Notes: generated from the sequence alone by a model not told the origin. A stretch of DNA of 64,000 nucleotides from Podarcis tiliguerta (GCA_965153285.1 OZ229114.1), one strand, 5' to 3'. Counted from the stretch's first letter, positions 1-14,209 are shown. Numbers and translations are program-made.

Positions 1-384
1 TCCCTCCATTTTTCACTCTACAGCTCCCTTTTTTTCCTTTCAGCCTTGGTAGGGGCTTTATAATAAGCCTGCTTTTTATAAAGCACACAAGTTATGCGCA
101 GTTGGACCTGAGCCATCCCCAACGCATCAAGTGTCTGGGTCCCACTCATTTGGACACTTCTCCTGACCTTCCCTTCTAGGAATTGTATCTCTGATCTGTT
201 TAGTAACAGGGTGCAAAAAAACAAAACAAAAAACCCTGCAGGATTCCACAGCTTCCCTAGGGAACTTTTTCCCCATTGTCCAACATTACTTAAAATTTAG
301 GGAGGGGTGCTTTACTGGTTTGGTTTTTAAGTGAACGCTACTATTACCTCCTACGTCCTGCACACCCAGTACATCTATAAAATA

Positions 385-515
385 AGTGCAGCCGAAAATA
401 GCATTTGCCTTTCTTTTCCAGGCATTGACTGCTGAGATTGTATTCCGTTTGTGAATCACTACAACTCCTAGGTCCTTCTCGTCTGTGCTGGATCCTAGCA
501 GGCTTATCCTCCAGT
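385..515 (-). mobile_element. CR1 LINE ORF2 fragment (degenerate)
   Basis: Minus-strand translation LLGSSTDEKDLGVVVIHK...KANAIFGC resembles the CR1 ORF2 motif LGSSxxEKDLGVxVDxKL...KANxILGCI. Confidence 0.7.
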
Positions 516-2361
516 GGTGGCTGGTGACCATTGGGATTGGTAGGGTGGAAGGCAGGGAGCCCAACATTAGGCAGAGTCAGAGCCAATCGCAAGGCTGAAC
601 CAACTAATTCTAGTTTTGTCGCCATCCTTCTCCTTTCTGAGTTCTAAAAAGGGCAACACTGAGACTTAAGGCTCATCCACACCGAGAGGTTTTGCCCTTC
701 CACTTTCACCCAGCAAACCCACTTTTTAGCACTAAATTGAAGCCAGTATCAATTCAGAGAAAACCCAGTTGACGTTTGCTCTGATTCAGCAGTAAACAAC
801 AGGTTTTCCCAGGGGGAAAGTGGCAAGGAAAGCGGAAATGTGGGTGAGAGCTAAGGGGAGGAAGCAGGCAGGTCGTGCCACTCGCTGGACTGGTTGTAAG
901 TAAGAAGGACAGAGGTTGGGGGCTGGCTAAGGGCAGGCTGAGGTTGGTGGGGCAGTAACCCCCCCTTGCCCAAATACTGTTACCCTCACATTTGGGATAT
1001 GTATGCTATGTACATCTCCATTTGCTTTCATGCTGTTTTATGTAGCTTAACGATCATTTTGAATCATTATAAGAAAGATAGGCACATTTAATGACCTCAT
1101 CTGAGCCCTAAAACTAATGAGACAGCAACCCAGGTCAGAAGCTGTACTAATTCAAAAGACCAGCAGCTCTTTAGGAACCAGGGATTCCTATCACCTGCAA
1201 TCAAAACAACTCACTCTTCAATCACAGCACTGACTCTTTGGGTAAAAGCAGTGAAGAGTAGAAGCAGCCAGGCAAGCTTATCTGACAGAAATATGTTACA
1301 AGGGTATCTGCCCTTTTTGCTTCCTAGCTTTCTTTTGGGATGGTGTGATAATTAATTTTCAAATGAAAGCTCAGAATCTGGGGACCTTGCTGGCTGTGGG
1401 CCCATTACATCAGTACCCAGTTGTCAAAATTTTCTGACATATTCCAGTGGCCTCCTAACAGTTTTCAGAACTGCCAAATAATATTGCCCATCACCAGACT
1501 TCTGAATTTAATCAAGAACACATGTTACTGCTTAAAATGGCAGACTTAGTACTTACACCTGGGCAGACGTGGATACCTTTTGTTTCAAATTTCATCCTCC
1601 TAAAATGCTTAAAAAAAAATATCAGACAGTTTCAAAATTTCCTAAATTCTGATATTTGCTTAAACTTGCAAAATCATGCTTAAGGAAGGCAGAAGTTCCA
1701 GTTCTTTAGAAACCATGTTAGTAAGTGGGAGACTTTAAGCTAAGCATTTAGGGGGAAATTAACTTTCAGAACAAGGAGGCAATAAAATACTTCATAAAGA
1801 GCCATTCGAGACACAAGAAGGGCAGATATTGAGGAATAGTATATAGGAAGCCTTAGAAGTTGCCCTTTCCAGCTACAGTGAGGTATGGAAGATGCCCTAC
1901 CCTGCAGCTCCATCCCATCCTTAGAACTGGTACCTTTGATTCTTCTTTGGGGTTGCTTCTCTGTGAGCCAGCTGGCCTAGGGGGGAAAATACAAAGCTGT
2001 CTTTCAATTGAATGGTTGTCTTTGACTATTTTGTTTAACACAATGCAAAAAGGGATTCATGGCTGAGAATTGAAGTCAGATGTGGAATATACAAACAGCA
2101 AATCTTGCCAGTAGCTTTTGGGGCAATATGCAGTGAGCAGTGCCCAGCTGGTGCTTGGCCTTAGCCCCAGAACCTGTTTTCCGTCCCATGGCTGAGTCAT
2201 GGGGCATGGGAAGTAATAAAGACAATAACACTTTTGATGATGTGCGAAGTAACCATCACTCACCCAAAGGATCACAATAGGATCTGCAAGAAAAGTTTCC
2301 AGGCCTGTTGTTATAACCTCCACACAGGCTTGGGTGCTAACACTTGTCACGGTGTGATATA

Positions 2362-2602
2362 CTGTATTTTTTGCTCTATAAGACTCACTTTTTCCCTCCT
2401 AAAAAGTAAGGGGAAATGTGTGTGCGTCTTATGGAGCAAATGCAGGCTGCACAGCTATGAGGGATTGCTGCTTTCACTGTGCAGTGATCCCTCTTGCTGT
2501 TCTGGCTTCTGAGATTCAGAATATATATTTTTTCTTGTTTTCCTCCTCCAAAAACTAGGTGCATCTTGTGGTCTGGTGCATCTTATAGAGCGAAAAATAC
2601 GG
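2362..2602. mobile_element. Non-autonomous Tc1/mariner-superfamily DNA transposon (MITE)
   Basis: Terminal inverted repeats CTGTATTTTTTGCTCTATAAGA ... TCTTATAGAGCGAAAAATACGG, flanked by TA on both sides (2360-2361, 2603-2604). Confidence 0.85.
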
Positions 2603-3879
2603 TATGTTCTGAGACAGAAAAAGACTTACTGATTACATACAGGGATTCTACTTACCCAGCCCAATTATTTGAGCCTTTTGCAGGTTCTGTACTGATGTAC
2701 ATCAGTGAAATGGGAAAGGTACCTAGATGTAATGCTTGTGGAAATAGATAGCCCTCATTTCCCGCTCTCAGGGCTGCAAAGTGTTAATCTGGTGGCACGA
2801 AAGCAACAGTTTGCCCTCCCTCTGGCTCCAGGCATCTGTCATGAGCACAGTGAAATGACAGTTTTGTTTTGGAAATTGGCATCAGTTACGGTATAGACTC
2901 CTGGAAATAAAGTTGGTTTTTTCCCCAGCTGCAAATGTCTACTTCCAGTCTCCCTGCCAACAGCCTGTCAGCTGCCCCTTCTCAAAGAGGCCATTGTACC
3001 ACACTGGCACAGAGACAGAGCACGGTTAAAGAGGGAAACATTCTCTCTGCCCATTGGATGCTCGTTCCTCTGCTGTGTGAATATATGGCATCTGTATCAC
3101 GTTCTGTGGCCTGCCAGACCTTTGCTTACCCAGCAGCCCAGAGAAGGTTCAATCATAATATTCCTGTGAAAAACAACAGAACCAAGTTTAACTGTTGGCA
3201 ATCATTGTTCCTTCTGAACTGAAGCAGCGACCCTATTGCTGTTTATCTACCTTGTATTTAGACCTGCTTTTTTAAACATAGCTTTCTGTTGATGTCTGGG
3301 TCTGTTGCTCCTGTGATGACTAGCATTTCTAGCAAGCTTCTTGAGTCAATTAAAAAAAAAACTGTTCAAGCCTCCCTCCCCTTTTATAAAAGGTGATGCA
3401 AGTACATTTTGCTCAATTTTTTGAGGGTATTGTAGGGTCATTCGTCCCTGGAAGTATCCTTTAAGGCTATGTTGGGAGAGGGTATCTGGAAGCAAATGTG
3501 TTGGTGATTTGCCACTTTAACTGTCACAACTTTAAGTGAGGTGAGTTTATCTGTTGTTGAAAGCATTTTAGTTACCTTATCGGAATAATTTTGCCATCAG
3601 GCTTTGCCACTTCACTAGCAGAAGTCACACCAAGGAGTATCTTTCATGCATTTTGCATCACATGCACCAGCTGCACAACCAGGCTCTTGCTGCCATTATC
3701 TTCGCATAATCTTCAAAATTAATTTCTGTAGATATCTTACATGGGGCAGCCTTGTAACGTTGCCCATAAGGCTTTTGCAGGTTCAGAATGCTGGGACTTG
3801 CCTCCATGTAGGAAAGGGGAAGTGAGAACATATTCAGCCTGTTTTATGTCAACTGTACTTGGTTCATGTTTGTTTCTGG

Positions 3880-4305
3880 GCCCAATTCAAGCTACTGGTT
3901 CTCTCCCTTGAAATCCCGCATGGCCTTTATATCCAGAGAATGCCTCTCTCTACATATGCACACATACGCCTCTCCACTTGTTCTAATCTTTCAGCAAGGC
4001 CCCATGCAGGATAGGTCCTTTCAGTAAATGCACAAAAACAGCTGTAAAAAAGTGTGGCGAGTCGTTTTCCTAGCGCCCTTGAGATTTTGGAGTGCACTTC
4101 TAAGTCATCGCTCAGCTTTCGGCAGGAGGGGGAATTCAATGCCTTTCTGTTTCAGAAAGCTTTCCACAGTCTTAGAATGATACTCTTGATTGTACATTAA
4201 TGCTGTGATGTGTTTTGATAAAGGTGGTGTTTTATTGGCTCCTTGGCAGTTGGAAGTCACCTTGGATTTTTAGGAAAGTGGGATAGAAGTGTTAAAATAA
4301 ATACA
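3880..4305 (+). mobile_element. Old L2-like LINE 3' fragment
   Basis: Degenerate L2-type 3' segment ending in an A-rich AAATAAATA tail; family recognised by eye only. Confidence 0.4.
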
Positions 4306-4387
4306 TAACAATGCAGTGCATTGATGCAGGGCATTTTATGCCTCACAATAGCTTCCTTTATCTTTGTCTCCCACCATTACCTGCCAG

Positions 4388-4589
4388 TGCGATGGAACAG
4401 TTCTGGATCTGAGTAGCACTTCACTGGAAGGTATCGCAGTCCTCAACATTCCCAGCATGTATGGCGGCTCCAATCTCTGGGGGGAGACCAAGAAACAACG
4501 CAGCTATAACCGCATGAGCAAGAAGGTACCTGAAAAGTTACAATCTTCAGTGGTTACTGATGCCAAGGAGCTCAAGTTTTGTGTTCAAG
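4388..4589 (+). CDS. DGKG: DGKG internal coding exon (catalytic accessory domain); upstream exons lie outside the window
   Basis: ccag|TGC...CAAG|gtaag; 202 nt, phase 0->1. Translates [36 protein letters not shown]...[12 protein letters not shown], with the type I DGK motif LEGIAxLNIPSxxGGxNLWG. Confidence 0.95.
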
Positions 4590-7414
4590 GTAAGGGCATT
4601 TATTCTTATGATTGCAATAGGATGAGTGGATGGGTAGCTGCGGACATTTTAAGAGCTGGCCTTCTGCAACTGCTGCTGCCCCATGTGTAATCCATACTCA
4701 AAGAACTTGCCAGTTTTGAAGGGCCAAAAAGATGTGTTGTGGCTCTCAGCTCAGTGAAAGTGATGGGCACGCAGTACTTTTTTCTTTAAAAATGTTTAGG
4801 GGTACTCTCATTTTCCTACTCATATTGAAATACTGCCCCTCAATGAGGCCAGATTTAAGATTCACCCCTGCATCCCCCCAGAATATGCGCTGAGATATTT
4901 GCAAGCAACAGTAATGGGCTGAGAACTAGCAATAACAGAAATTACCGGAACACATCACCTCTGTAATGCAAAGCCGATACAAAAGGGCACAATCCCTCTC
5001 CATTTGAATAAATGGGAGCTGTGCCGTAATCCCTGCCAATGTAGAATTTGATGGAGGATTGCACTGCTAAACTTTAGTTATGCCCTTATCAAGTGTGTTT
5101 ACAAACTCCAGTTCTGCTGCCTCTGACTCTTCTTTGTCCTTTGAAATAGAGTATAACAACCAACCTGTAAAAGTGAATGTATGCACTTTTTGCATCTAGT
5201 TTGTGTAATTTGCATATCTCCATACTACCATCCAACTATATAACATTTTCAAATTAGGAAAGGTCAGGTCCCTGCTCCCTAGGGGCTTACAATATTGAAA
5301 CTGACACCAGGTAGACCACAAAGGAAGGGAAGGGAGAAATAAAGGCAGGGGTAAAATTGATTTGTGTTCATTTTGTGTTGTTCACTTATATCACAGCATC
5401 CCCATTTAACCTGTCAGCACTCTAAACTAGCAAAAGGGCATTTCTGGCACATGGTGGCATACATAACATTAAGGTATATTGGATGAATGAGTCCTTGATG
5501 CTTTGACTTGATGTCATGAAAGTTGGTGATGATATTGCTGAAGCAGGTGAAGAAACAGAAGAAGCATCCAAGTTTGTTGCAGTGCTGGGATCCTTGGTCT
5601 ATATAACTTTGCTGAGATGCCCAGTCTGCTGCTTGGATCTGGCAGCTCTTCTGGCAGAGCTCTTGTGCCTCTAATAGTTGATTGACATGAAGCTTTATTC
5701 TTTTTATTGCTATGATGCCATGTGGAGAAGATATTTACCTGCCACAAGGGAGACCTGGCACACCCAGAATAAGCTGGCAATTCTAGCGCTGCAGGAGCTG
5801 CTTTTCCAGTTTAGTGGGCAAGGATAGGGCTTCTCTCCCCTCAGGGACTTCAGCTGATACAGATAAAGATAACTGATCTGGTTTGTGTCGTTTCCCCCCC
5901 TCTTTCTAGCCTAATAGTTCCTCTCTTGCAAAACTTGGCTCACTTATGCTAATTACCACTTGCTTTGTTTAGGAAACCTTCATGAAATTTACGTAACACT
6001 TCCTATGAAATTAGAGCAAAAGCAGGTTACAAGACGGGTAGGTAAGATTCCAGAATGATAAGGAAGGAGGTTTTGTTTTGCCTCTCCTGGCTCAGTAGAA
6101 GTTGCTGCATGCAGGATGGTAGCTGTCACCACAGGAGCTCCCAGAGCAGACGCCTTATAGGTCATCAAGACCAGGCGCATTGTGTCACTGTTCACTAGAT
6201 TTGCTAGGCCCAAACCACACGTGATAGTGGCAAGCCAAAAACCAGGTCTGAACGGATCAAGTCTAAAGTGGGAGGTGGGATTTAAAGTTCCCAAAAGGAA
6301 CTGAGAAGAGAGCTGGGTTCAAGTGGTTGCAGCTGGCATTTGGAGTTAGTGGCAAGATCAGCAGGGTTTACCATTCAGTGAAAAAAACAGCAAAAGCACT
6401 ATGATTTACAACTATAAGAAAAGTATTGCATATTACATAATGTAGCTGGGCTTTACGTGTATAGCCACACACAAATTCTCTCTCCCACACTGGGCCAGGC
6501 CCCTGCAAAACCCTCTCTCTCGCTCTCCCCAACCCATCATTTGCCCACACAAAAACTCTCTCTCTCAAACTCTTCCTCCTGGCACCATCCCAGTCCTCTG
6601 CTTGCATCCCATGATAATTCTTGTTCTTGGCTCTCCTCCTCCCACTGGACACACCCTTTGCCCATGAAGTTTGGAGGAGGAGGAGCTTGAATACATGAAA
6701 GAGGTGTCCTGTCTGAAATCCAAACAGGACAGGAGACACTTTTCTCCAAAAGAACGATCACATTTTTCTAGGGACAGGCAGAAACCCAAGACCAGAGACA
6801 TTTCCAGTCCTAACAAGAGGTGGAGTTTATTGGAATCCAGTCAAGATCAAGCACTGAGGATCAGTTTTCAAAACTGAGTAGCAAGTGGGAGTGTAGAGCT
6901 ACAACTTCACATCAACCAAGCTCAGCAGCAACTATAGGTACAAATATAGAAGGGAAGTGGGCAGTGCAATCTTAAGCATGTCTCCTCAGAAGTATTCCCC
7001 ATAAAGTTCAATAGGACTTAACTTCGAGGTCAGTGTCGTCGTATAGGACTGCGGCCATAGTTACTTATTTATTGCTCTCATGTTGAGAGCCAGCCTGGCA
7101 CTCCTCCTCAGGTCCCAATTGCCTTCCAAGATTCCTCAGCAAGGCAGAGGCTGAAAAGGGTGGCGTGAGGCCAGCTAGAGCTTGTGGACGTGGCAGGGCA
7201 CACCTGATAATTAGCCAGCCCTCCTAGTGACAGTCTACCATGCAGCATTCAAAGAGCCGTAATTAACAGATCTAAATAATCTTTTAATGTAAGCAACACG
7301 GCTGGCTTCCAGCTGTGAGTACGAGGATATCTCTGGAGGAAGGGCACAACAGGGCATGGACAAAGAGGGAAAGATGCAATAAGAATAAGGATACAGTACA
7401 CTGACTGTCTAGTC

Positions 7415-7656
7415 CAGGGGTAGTCAACCTAAGGCCCGGGGACCGGATGCGGCCCAATCACCTTCTCAAACCGGCCCACGGACGGTCAGCGTGTTTTTAC
7501 ATGAGTAGAATGTGTCCTTTTATTTAAAATGCATCTCTGGGTTATTTGTGGGGCACAGGAATTTGTTCATTATTTTTTTCAAAATATAGTCCGGCCCACC
7601 ACATGGTCTGAGGGATGGTGGACTGGCCCACGGCTGAAAAAGGTTGCTGACCCCTG
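7415..7656 (+). mobile_element. hAT (Charlie/Buster-like) MITE, family A copy 1
   Basis: CAGGGGTAGTCAACC...GGTTGCTGACCCCTG termini; perfect 8-bp TSD GTCTAGTC (7407-7414, 7657-7664); homologous to 20467-20716 and 30527-30769. Confidence 0.9.
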
Positions 7657-9206
7657 GTCTAGTCCTCCCACCCCCACCCCACCCCCCACTATGGAACCTG
7701 TTCCAAAAACACAATCACCATTTCTGCTAAAGAAACAGCCAGGTACAGGTATAAGCAACTTTTCTGCAGCATGCTTCGTCTCTGCTGCCAGTACACAGTG
7801 CTCCAGATTGCCCCACTTAATCTGTGGGTGGATGAGAGGATCTTGCTCCTTGACTAAGATTGAGCTAAATCAGGAGTAGCCAATGTGATGTCTTCCGGAT
7901 ACTGCTGAACTACAGCTCCCATCTCTCTGGACCATTAGCCATACTGGCTGGGGCCTGATGGGAAGTGGAGTCCAACAAGATTCCCCCTCATTCCTGCCCC
8001 CTGTGTTTTTAGTCATTCCTCCCTATCATCAACATAAATGCATGGATTTCAGGATGAGGGAGTTAGTTACTCACGCCACACTTTAAAATCAGCATTTTCC
8101 ACGGGGCAGTTATTTTTATGTTTGTCTTTAACCTGAATTTCATTAGAGGTTGCATATTTAATTTCCTTCTACCCATGCTGGTCTCCTCTGAGTCTGAGTC
8201 TTTACAGAAAATGGATCTTGTAGGTTAATTAAATATTAAAGGGCTTCAGCTAATAACGATGCTGGCGCAGCAGGGCAGGGCTGAGCTGCTGGAAATGAAA
8301 AGGAGGCTCGGATTCATGGACCCACAACCACCGGTTTCTCTGAAATGCTCTTTTGCTGAGAGTGCCTGGCTGAAAATAAGAAAAAGACCTATCTATGTAC
8401 ACGTGGGAGAAAGCGGAAAGCATTGGGAAGGAGCCTGGCATAGCAGGTGTTACTTAGGCATGGCAGAATGACTAAGAGGATGCTTTAATACAGCTACAAT
8501 ACAAGCAAAGGAAAGGAAGTTACAGAGGTGGGGAAACAACGCTCTCTCCAGAATATTCCATGGTGACTAATGCAAGAGAATTTTCTGAACGGAGAGGACT
8601 GAAGCAGAATCAGAGGCAGCAAGCCTTTGGGCATCTCCCTCATTTGGAAAAGTAGATGGCACCTTTTCAAATTACTTTTTCAAAATGGAGGTAATTGTTT
8701 GAAGACTGCAACTTTAAGAGCACTAAAGAAGAAGCTGGCAACTGAAGGCCTGCAGGCCATATTCAGCCCACCTGGCTTTCCCTCCTACGCAGGTTTTTCC
8801 ACTTCTTCACCTCCTGGAATGATTGGTTCACAAGTGAGCTGGCACACAGCAGCCTTGTGAGCTTCCATGCTGCCTTTACAAAGCATGCACAGGTAATAAT
8901 GGATAACTAACCTGAAAACAAGCACCATTCAGCATATCAGGGTAAGGTTTTCAGGGTTGATTCTGAGGAATGTCAATTATTGCTTTTTGGAGCAGCTACT
9001 TCTGCAGATTATTTATAAACTAGGCTTGAGTCACACAAAGGAATTGGTTTAACAATGCAGCTTTGCATGATCTGCTATCAGTCTGATCTTCAGACTGTCA
9101 GCAAACACCTCCTTCTTGCCCAAGTTAGCATGTTACGGCAGAGCCCTTTGAGGTTTGAGGTACAAGTAGCTCCGATCCACAGCTTAATTACATTTCTTGT
9201 GTCCTG

Positions 9207-9257
9207 GAAGAAGAAGAAGAAGAAGAAGAAGAAGAAGAAGAAGAAGAAGAAGAAGAA
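9207..9257 (+). repeat. (GAA)17 microsatellite
   Basis: 17 perfect GAA units counted directly. Confidence 0.97.
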
Positions 9258-9947
9258 AGAACCACACCAGAGAAAAACACTCTTGACTGTGTAGACTGTG
9301 CCATATTTCAGAGATGGAACATATTAGTCCAATGGGCTCCACTGAGCAAAGGAAGGAAATTAAGGCTGTGGGATAGTCTGAGGCCACCGACGCCAATTTC
9401 TCGAGGCCTTTCAAGCCAGGCCTAGCTTTGGAGAATTAAAAATGCTGGTTCGCGGCAATGCAGAAGGAAATGACTCTTACTATTAGGACTGCAGGTGCAT
9501 CCTTGGCATGGACAAATGGTTGGGTGTGAATTAGGCAAAAGCCTCCAGTTTGCTCCGCTTTCACATTTGTTTCTCCTTGTTTGCTATTCATTGTTAATCT
9601 AGGACATGCTTTTTTCCCTGCACAGAAAAGGAAACAAAAAAATAGACCACACACACGCGCAGCTGAGCTTAGGCAACAGGATTTGCCAAACAAACACCAA
9701 AACAGGACAGGGCAAGGCCCAGCTATTTATCATTAGCTGCCGCCTCCTTTTCAGTGCCTGGAAGAAATGCTATACCCTTGAGCCAAAAGGCTGCTTCTTA
9801 AGATATTTGTGTGATGTGCAACAAATGAGCAACCATCGGTAGCGCTTTTGGGCAGCACAGTCTACCAGTGTGTCACCCTGCACACGCCCCTCTGAAAATG
9901 AGTGGGTGCTGCTCCAGAGTGCTACCCCATGTACAGTTGATGCTCCT

Positions 9948-10372
9948 GCCAAGATGGTAAAGGGTCTGGAAACCAAGCCTTATGAGCAACAGTTGAAGGA
10001 GTTGGGTATGTTCAGCCTGGTAAAGAGGAGCCTGAGAGGAGATACGATAGCCATCTTCAAATATCTAAAGAGCTGTCACAAGGAGGATGGTGCAAGGTTG
10101 TTTTCTCCTGCTCTGGAGGGTAGGACTCGAACCAATGGCTTCAAGTTACAAGAAAGGAGATTCTGACTCAACATCAGGAAGAGCTTTCTGACAGTAAGAG
10201 CTGTTCAACAGTGGAACAAACTCCCATGAGACATGAGAGGTGGTGGAACTTCATTGGAGCTTTTTAAGGAGAGGTTGGGTGGTTGTTTGCCATGGATGCT
10301 TTAATTAAGATTTCTGCATTGCAGGGGGTTGGCCATGATGCCCTTTGGGATCCCTTCCAATTCTATGATTCC
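9948..10372 (+). mobile_element. CR1 LINE 3' end (5'-truncated)
   Basis: KMVKGLETKPYEQQLKELGMFSLVKRSLRGDTIAIFKYLKSCH...RTRTNGFKLQERRF is the CR1 ORF2 C-terminus; ends with the CR1 ATTCTATG tail. Confidence 0.92.
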
Positions 10373-11246
10373 TTTTGTATTGGATCAAGACATCTTCCTC
10401 CAAGGAAGGGCTTCTGTTTCAGGGATATCGTGTTTCTCAAGCTCTTGAAACACCTGTCCCATATTGTGACGTTAAGACTGGTGAGGTCTTCCAGGTGAGG
10501 ACCCACATAACTCATCTCAAGGCAAAGAATAATGCAGAGAAACTCCTTTCCAGCTCTGAATTAATATCCCTGCTTTACCTGAGAATTCAATTGCAAGGTG
10601 AGCATAGGAAGGTGCTATTTGACTGGACTATGTATTCTATGGTTTAACCTGAAACTTATTGAAACAAAAGTATATCATACACCAAAATGCTCAAGAGGGT
10701 GAATTCTGTGGCACACAAAAAGTCTCCCAGAATTACAAAAAACACACCCCAAGTAAATTCCTCACACCCCCTTTTATTATTATTTTTCACTCTTTTCTGT
10801 ATGCTCTTAAACTTTTCCATGGAAATTGCTGCTAAATTTGGCTGGGTTAAATACTTTTTAAAGGTATTGCATGTACATTGCATGTATATATCCATCTGAA
10901 GCTTGAGAGGTGCTCTGGGCTCATTTTTTTCCATCTTAGCTACTTCAAGAAATATTGAGCTGCATACAGCACAGAGTAAAACACACACACAACACCTCAA
11001 AGGAGATGATTTGAGGCGACTTTTTGTATGTGACTAAGCTCATCTTCTTGACCATTTTGGTGTATGATAGTGTATCTGTTGCAATAAGTTTGAAGTTGAT
11101 GTTCTAGACATTGCCGTCAGACCATATTTTCTGCTCCTAAGTGCATCTTCTCTTGCTCACTCCTCTCACCCTATGTGTTATGTTCATGGAAGGCAAAGCC
11201 CATACTTGTATTTGTTTTATTCACACATTACCCTTTCTCTCATTAG

Positions 11247-11367
11247 ATCTCAGCGATCAACTCCTGGAAGTTGTGGGCCTTGAAGGGGCAATGGAGATGG
11301 GGCAGATCTATACTGGACTGAAAAGTGCTGGCAAGAGGCTAGCTCAGTGTTCCTCCGTTACCATCAG
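11247..11367 (+). CDS. DGKG: DGKG coding exon
   Basis: ttag|AT...TCAG|gtacc; 121 nt, phase 1->2. (D)[39 protein letters not shown](R), in frame with the previous exon. Confidence 0.96.
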
Positions 11368-12580
11368 GTACCAATCACCCCAGGCTCTTGGTCCCTGCAT
11401 CTTGCTTTTGCTCAAGTCTGCTGAGAGCTCCGAATGGTATTAAAAGTATGAAATCACAGTACAGGCAGGAAAGCATCACGTGGGGAGTGGGGGAGAGCAG
11501 AGACAGACATCTGTTTTTTGTTGTTGACTCAAATTGATGTCTTGTTGGGCCTATGCCACACATAACATTGTAGAGCTCAGGCAGCTATGGCACCCATAAA
11601 ATGCAGCAATCTGTGCTATAGAAGGATGGACTCAAGTTGTGTTGGAAGGGCCAAGAAGTATTTCCACCTCCTAATTAGTCCTGGGTAAGGAGATTGCTAG
11701 GCAAGATTGCTAGGCAAGGGAAGCAGCAGACTGGCTGTAGAGGTGGTAGGCAGCCATGCCTACTGGACAGTCCAAGGCGATCAACACATCACTGGCCACT
11801 GCAGTGCCAGATGCTCCTCCTGACAGCAACTGGGACTATATCCTGCTTGTGAGTAAGGGCTACTGACTGAGTGCCTATTCATACATATGGGAAACAGGAA
11901 AGACGTGTGGAATAGATAGTCTAAGAGGTAAGGAAGCTGAGAGGACCTCCAGGCCCAGGGGAGCATAGTTGGGTTGAGTGACAATCTCCTTCCAGGACCT
12001 TTAGCAACTGGTTGAAGCAAGCAGGAAGGAGAATGTTAAGGGTTCCTTTGGGCAGGTTGTAAGAGGCTTCAAGCTGGTCTGTGAGAGACTTAAGTGAAGA
12101 AGAAGGTACCTTGCACTCCTCTCCCTTGACCTCTGTTGCAGGTCCTTGTTGCAATTCTCTCTGTTATTTTTAATACTAAGCTCCAATTTTCTAGCCTTCT
12201 AGTGGTGCATTTGAAAACGAGATGGCAAAAAGTCCTAAATGGGCAGAAATATAGAGGTGTATTTGAGATTAGAACAAAAGTCCATTGCACACAAGGAGTG
12301 TTCTAGAAAAGCAGGTAGCAGGTTCACATATAAGGTGAATGACATTTAAGAGGTGGATCTGAAATACAGAAATTGACTGTGGTCTTCCTTGCACTCCTCA
12401 ACAGATTGCTGAGCCATCTCCATTGTGAGTAATAGAATGTAGGGCTAGACCACCTTGTTTTTCTCCCTCTTTGCCAAAAATGTTTGTTATTATCAGCTTG
12501 CAACAAGATACAGTTTCTGCCCCAGCTTATCCACTTCAGTCTTGTTAACTTTTTCGTTATGCCTTGTTTGTGGGTTCCAG

Positions 12581-12641
12581 GACAACCAAGCTTTTGCCCA
12601 TGCAAGTGGATGGAGAGCCCTGGATGCAGCCACCTTGCACA
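12581..12641 (+). CDS. DGKG: DGKG coding exon
   Basis: ccag|G...ACA|gtgagt; 61 nt, phase 2->0. (R)[20 protein letters not shown] contains the DGK PMQxDGEPW motif. Absent from the ORF track. Confidence 0.96.
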
Positions 12642-14209
12642 GTGAGTAGTTGCATGTTATGAAAGGGATCTGGGATATGCAAGTGTAGCTCATCTGTCAG
12701 TGCTAGAAGCTATGGAAGATTGATCTCTAGAGCAGGAGTGACCGATGTGACGTCCTGCAGATATTGTTGGATTACAGCTTCCATCATCCCTGGCCATTGG
12801 TCATGCTGGCTGGGGCTGATGAGAACATCTTGAGAAGACCATGTTGGCTGTCCCTCTTCTGGAGAATGAACTGCAGGTGAGACCCAGATCTCAGTTGTGG
12901 ATCCTGGACAGGGGCTACGTTTCAAAACCAGCTTTTATTTCACATGGAAACAATGAAGCAAAATAACTATAATATCCTAGCAAATAGCCCTCTACAATTT
13001 TAGAAGGAGGAAGCCTGATTTTCCTGTCTCCTTTGATGTCATATTCTCAAACCCTTTCTCAGCAATGACAGTCACATTTGTATTCCTAATGGAAAATCAA
13101 AGGGGAAAGAGGGAGAGACCGATGGTGGTTGTACACTGCTACAACATTACGGACATTGCTGTACCTTCTGTGTCTCCACACCACTGTACATCATCTGAAG
13201 ATCAAAGGAGGATGTGTTAGACATGTAAAAAAGACAGATTGTCCTCTCTTATTTGCGACTGAGTAGAACAGAATGTTGCAGTGAACAATTTCAGCTGAAA
13301 ATAAAGGATCTTAAGATTCATGTGTACATACAAATATCACCAGTGGTCAGGAAATAACATTAGGAACATTTTTTCCATTGGTTGTTGAAAACCTTGTATA
13401 GTGCTTCTTCTGTTTCCTAGGTTCCCCTATGGGAGTTGAAACCCTTTGACAGAGAAGCATTGGTTGTAACTGTATACTGTGGTGGTATAAAAATATTCCC
13501 AAAAGCAATTGTGCTGAGCACTTGGAGGCATCTAGGGATCCAGTTCCTTTTTCTGTGTGATTCTGGATAGCAGCCTCCATCCTTCATATTGCATTGAGGC
13601 CTTATCCTTGTGGCAGATGACTTGTCAGACAGGAAGTGCTTTCTGTGGCTTCCTGGGAGCCTGCCTGCCACCCCTGAACCACCTCAGGGGGTTGTCCTGA
13701 TCCTCTGCTGCCTCCACACCCACCCAGAGGTCTTAAGGTCGTATCACAGTGCTGCCTCCAGTTTGATTGGTATTCCGATAAGCAGCCTTGCTCATGTTGC
13801 ATAAGGAACTGGGCAGACTTGTCCTTCCTTTCCCTGCTTCCTGATGCAACAGGTGTGGGGGTGGAACTTGTGAGCAGCGCCTCTCTTGACGGTGGTTTGA
13901 TTGGGTCACAGGAGGGCACTCTGGCACCCCATACATTCAAAGCAGTCTTATACAACAACATCATCCCTGCTTCCATCCGTGAAAGCAACAGCACTGTTGC
14001 AGTTTAAAATGGCTGCTGGATAAAATCAGACACATGTTCAAGTGCAGATGTGGCCTACTGGAACTGCCCAGTTTTCAATGGGATACTGTCCCTGCTCCCC
14101 ACACACCCACATACAATCCACAGCAAGGTGCCCACTTATCCAAGGCATCTTCACTTGGTTGCAAGTGGTCAAACGCCAGGTGCAAAATACACCTGGCTAA
14201 TTTTGAACA

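Noticed and set aside
9055-9414. Poly-Lys and poly-Leu ORFs
   Set aside because: Translations of the (GAA)17 microsatellite.
11691-11717. 13-bp tandem duplication AGATTGCTAGGCA x2
   Set aside because: Ordinary local slippage with no sign of function.
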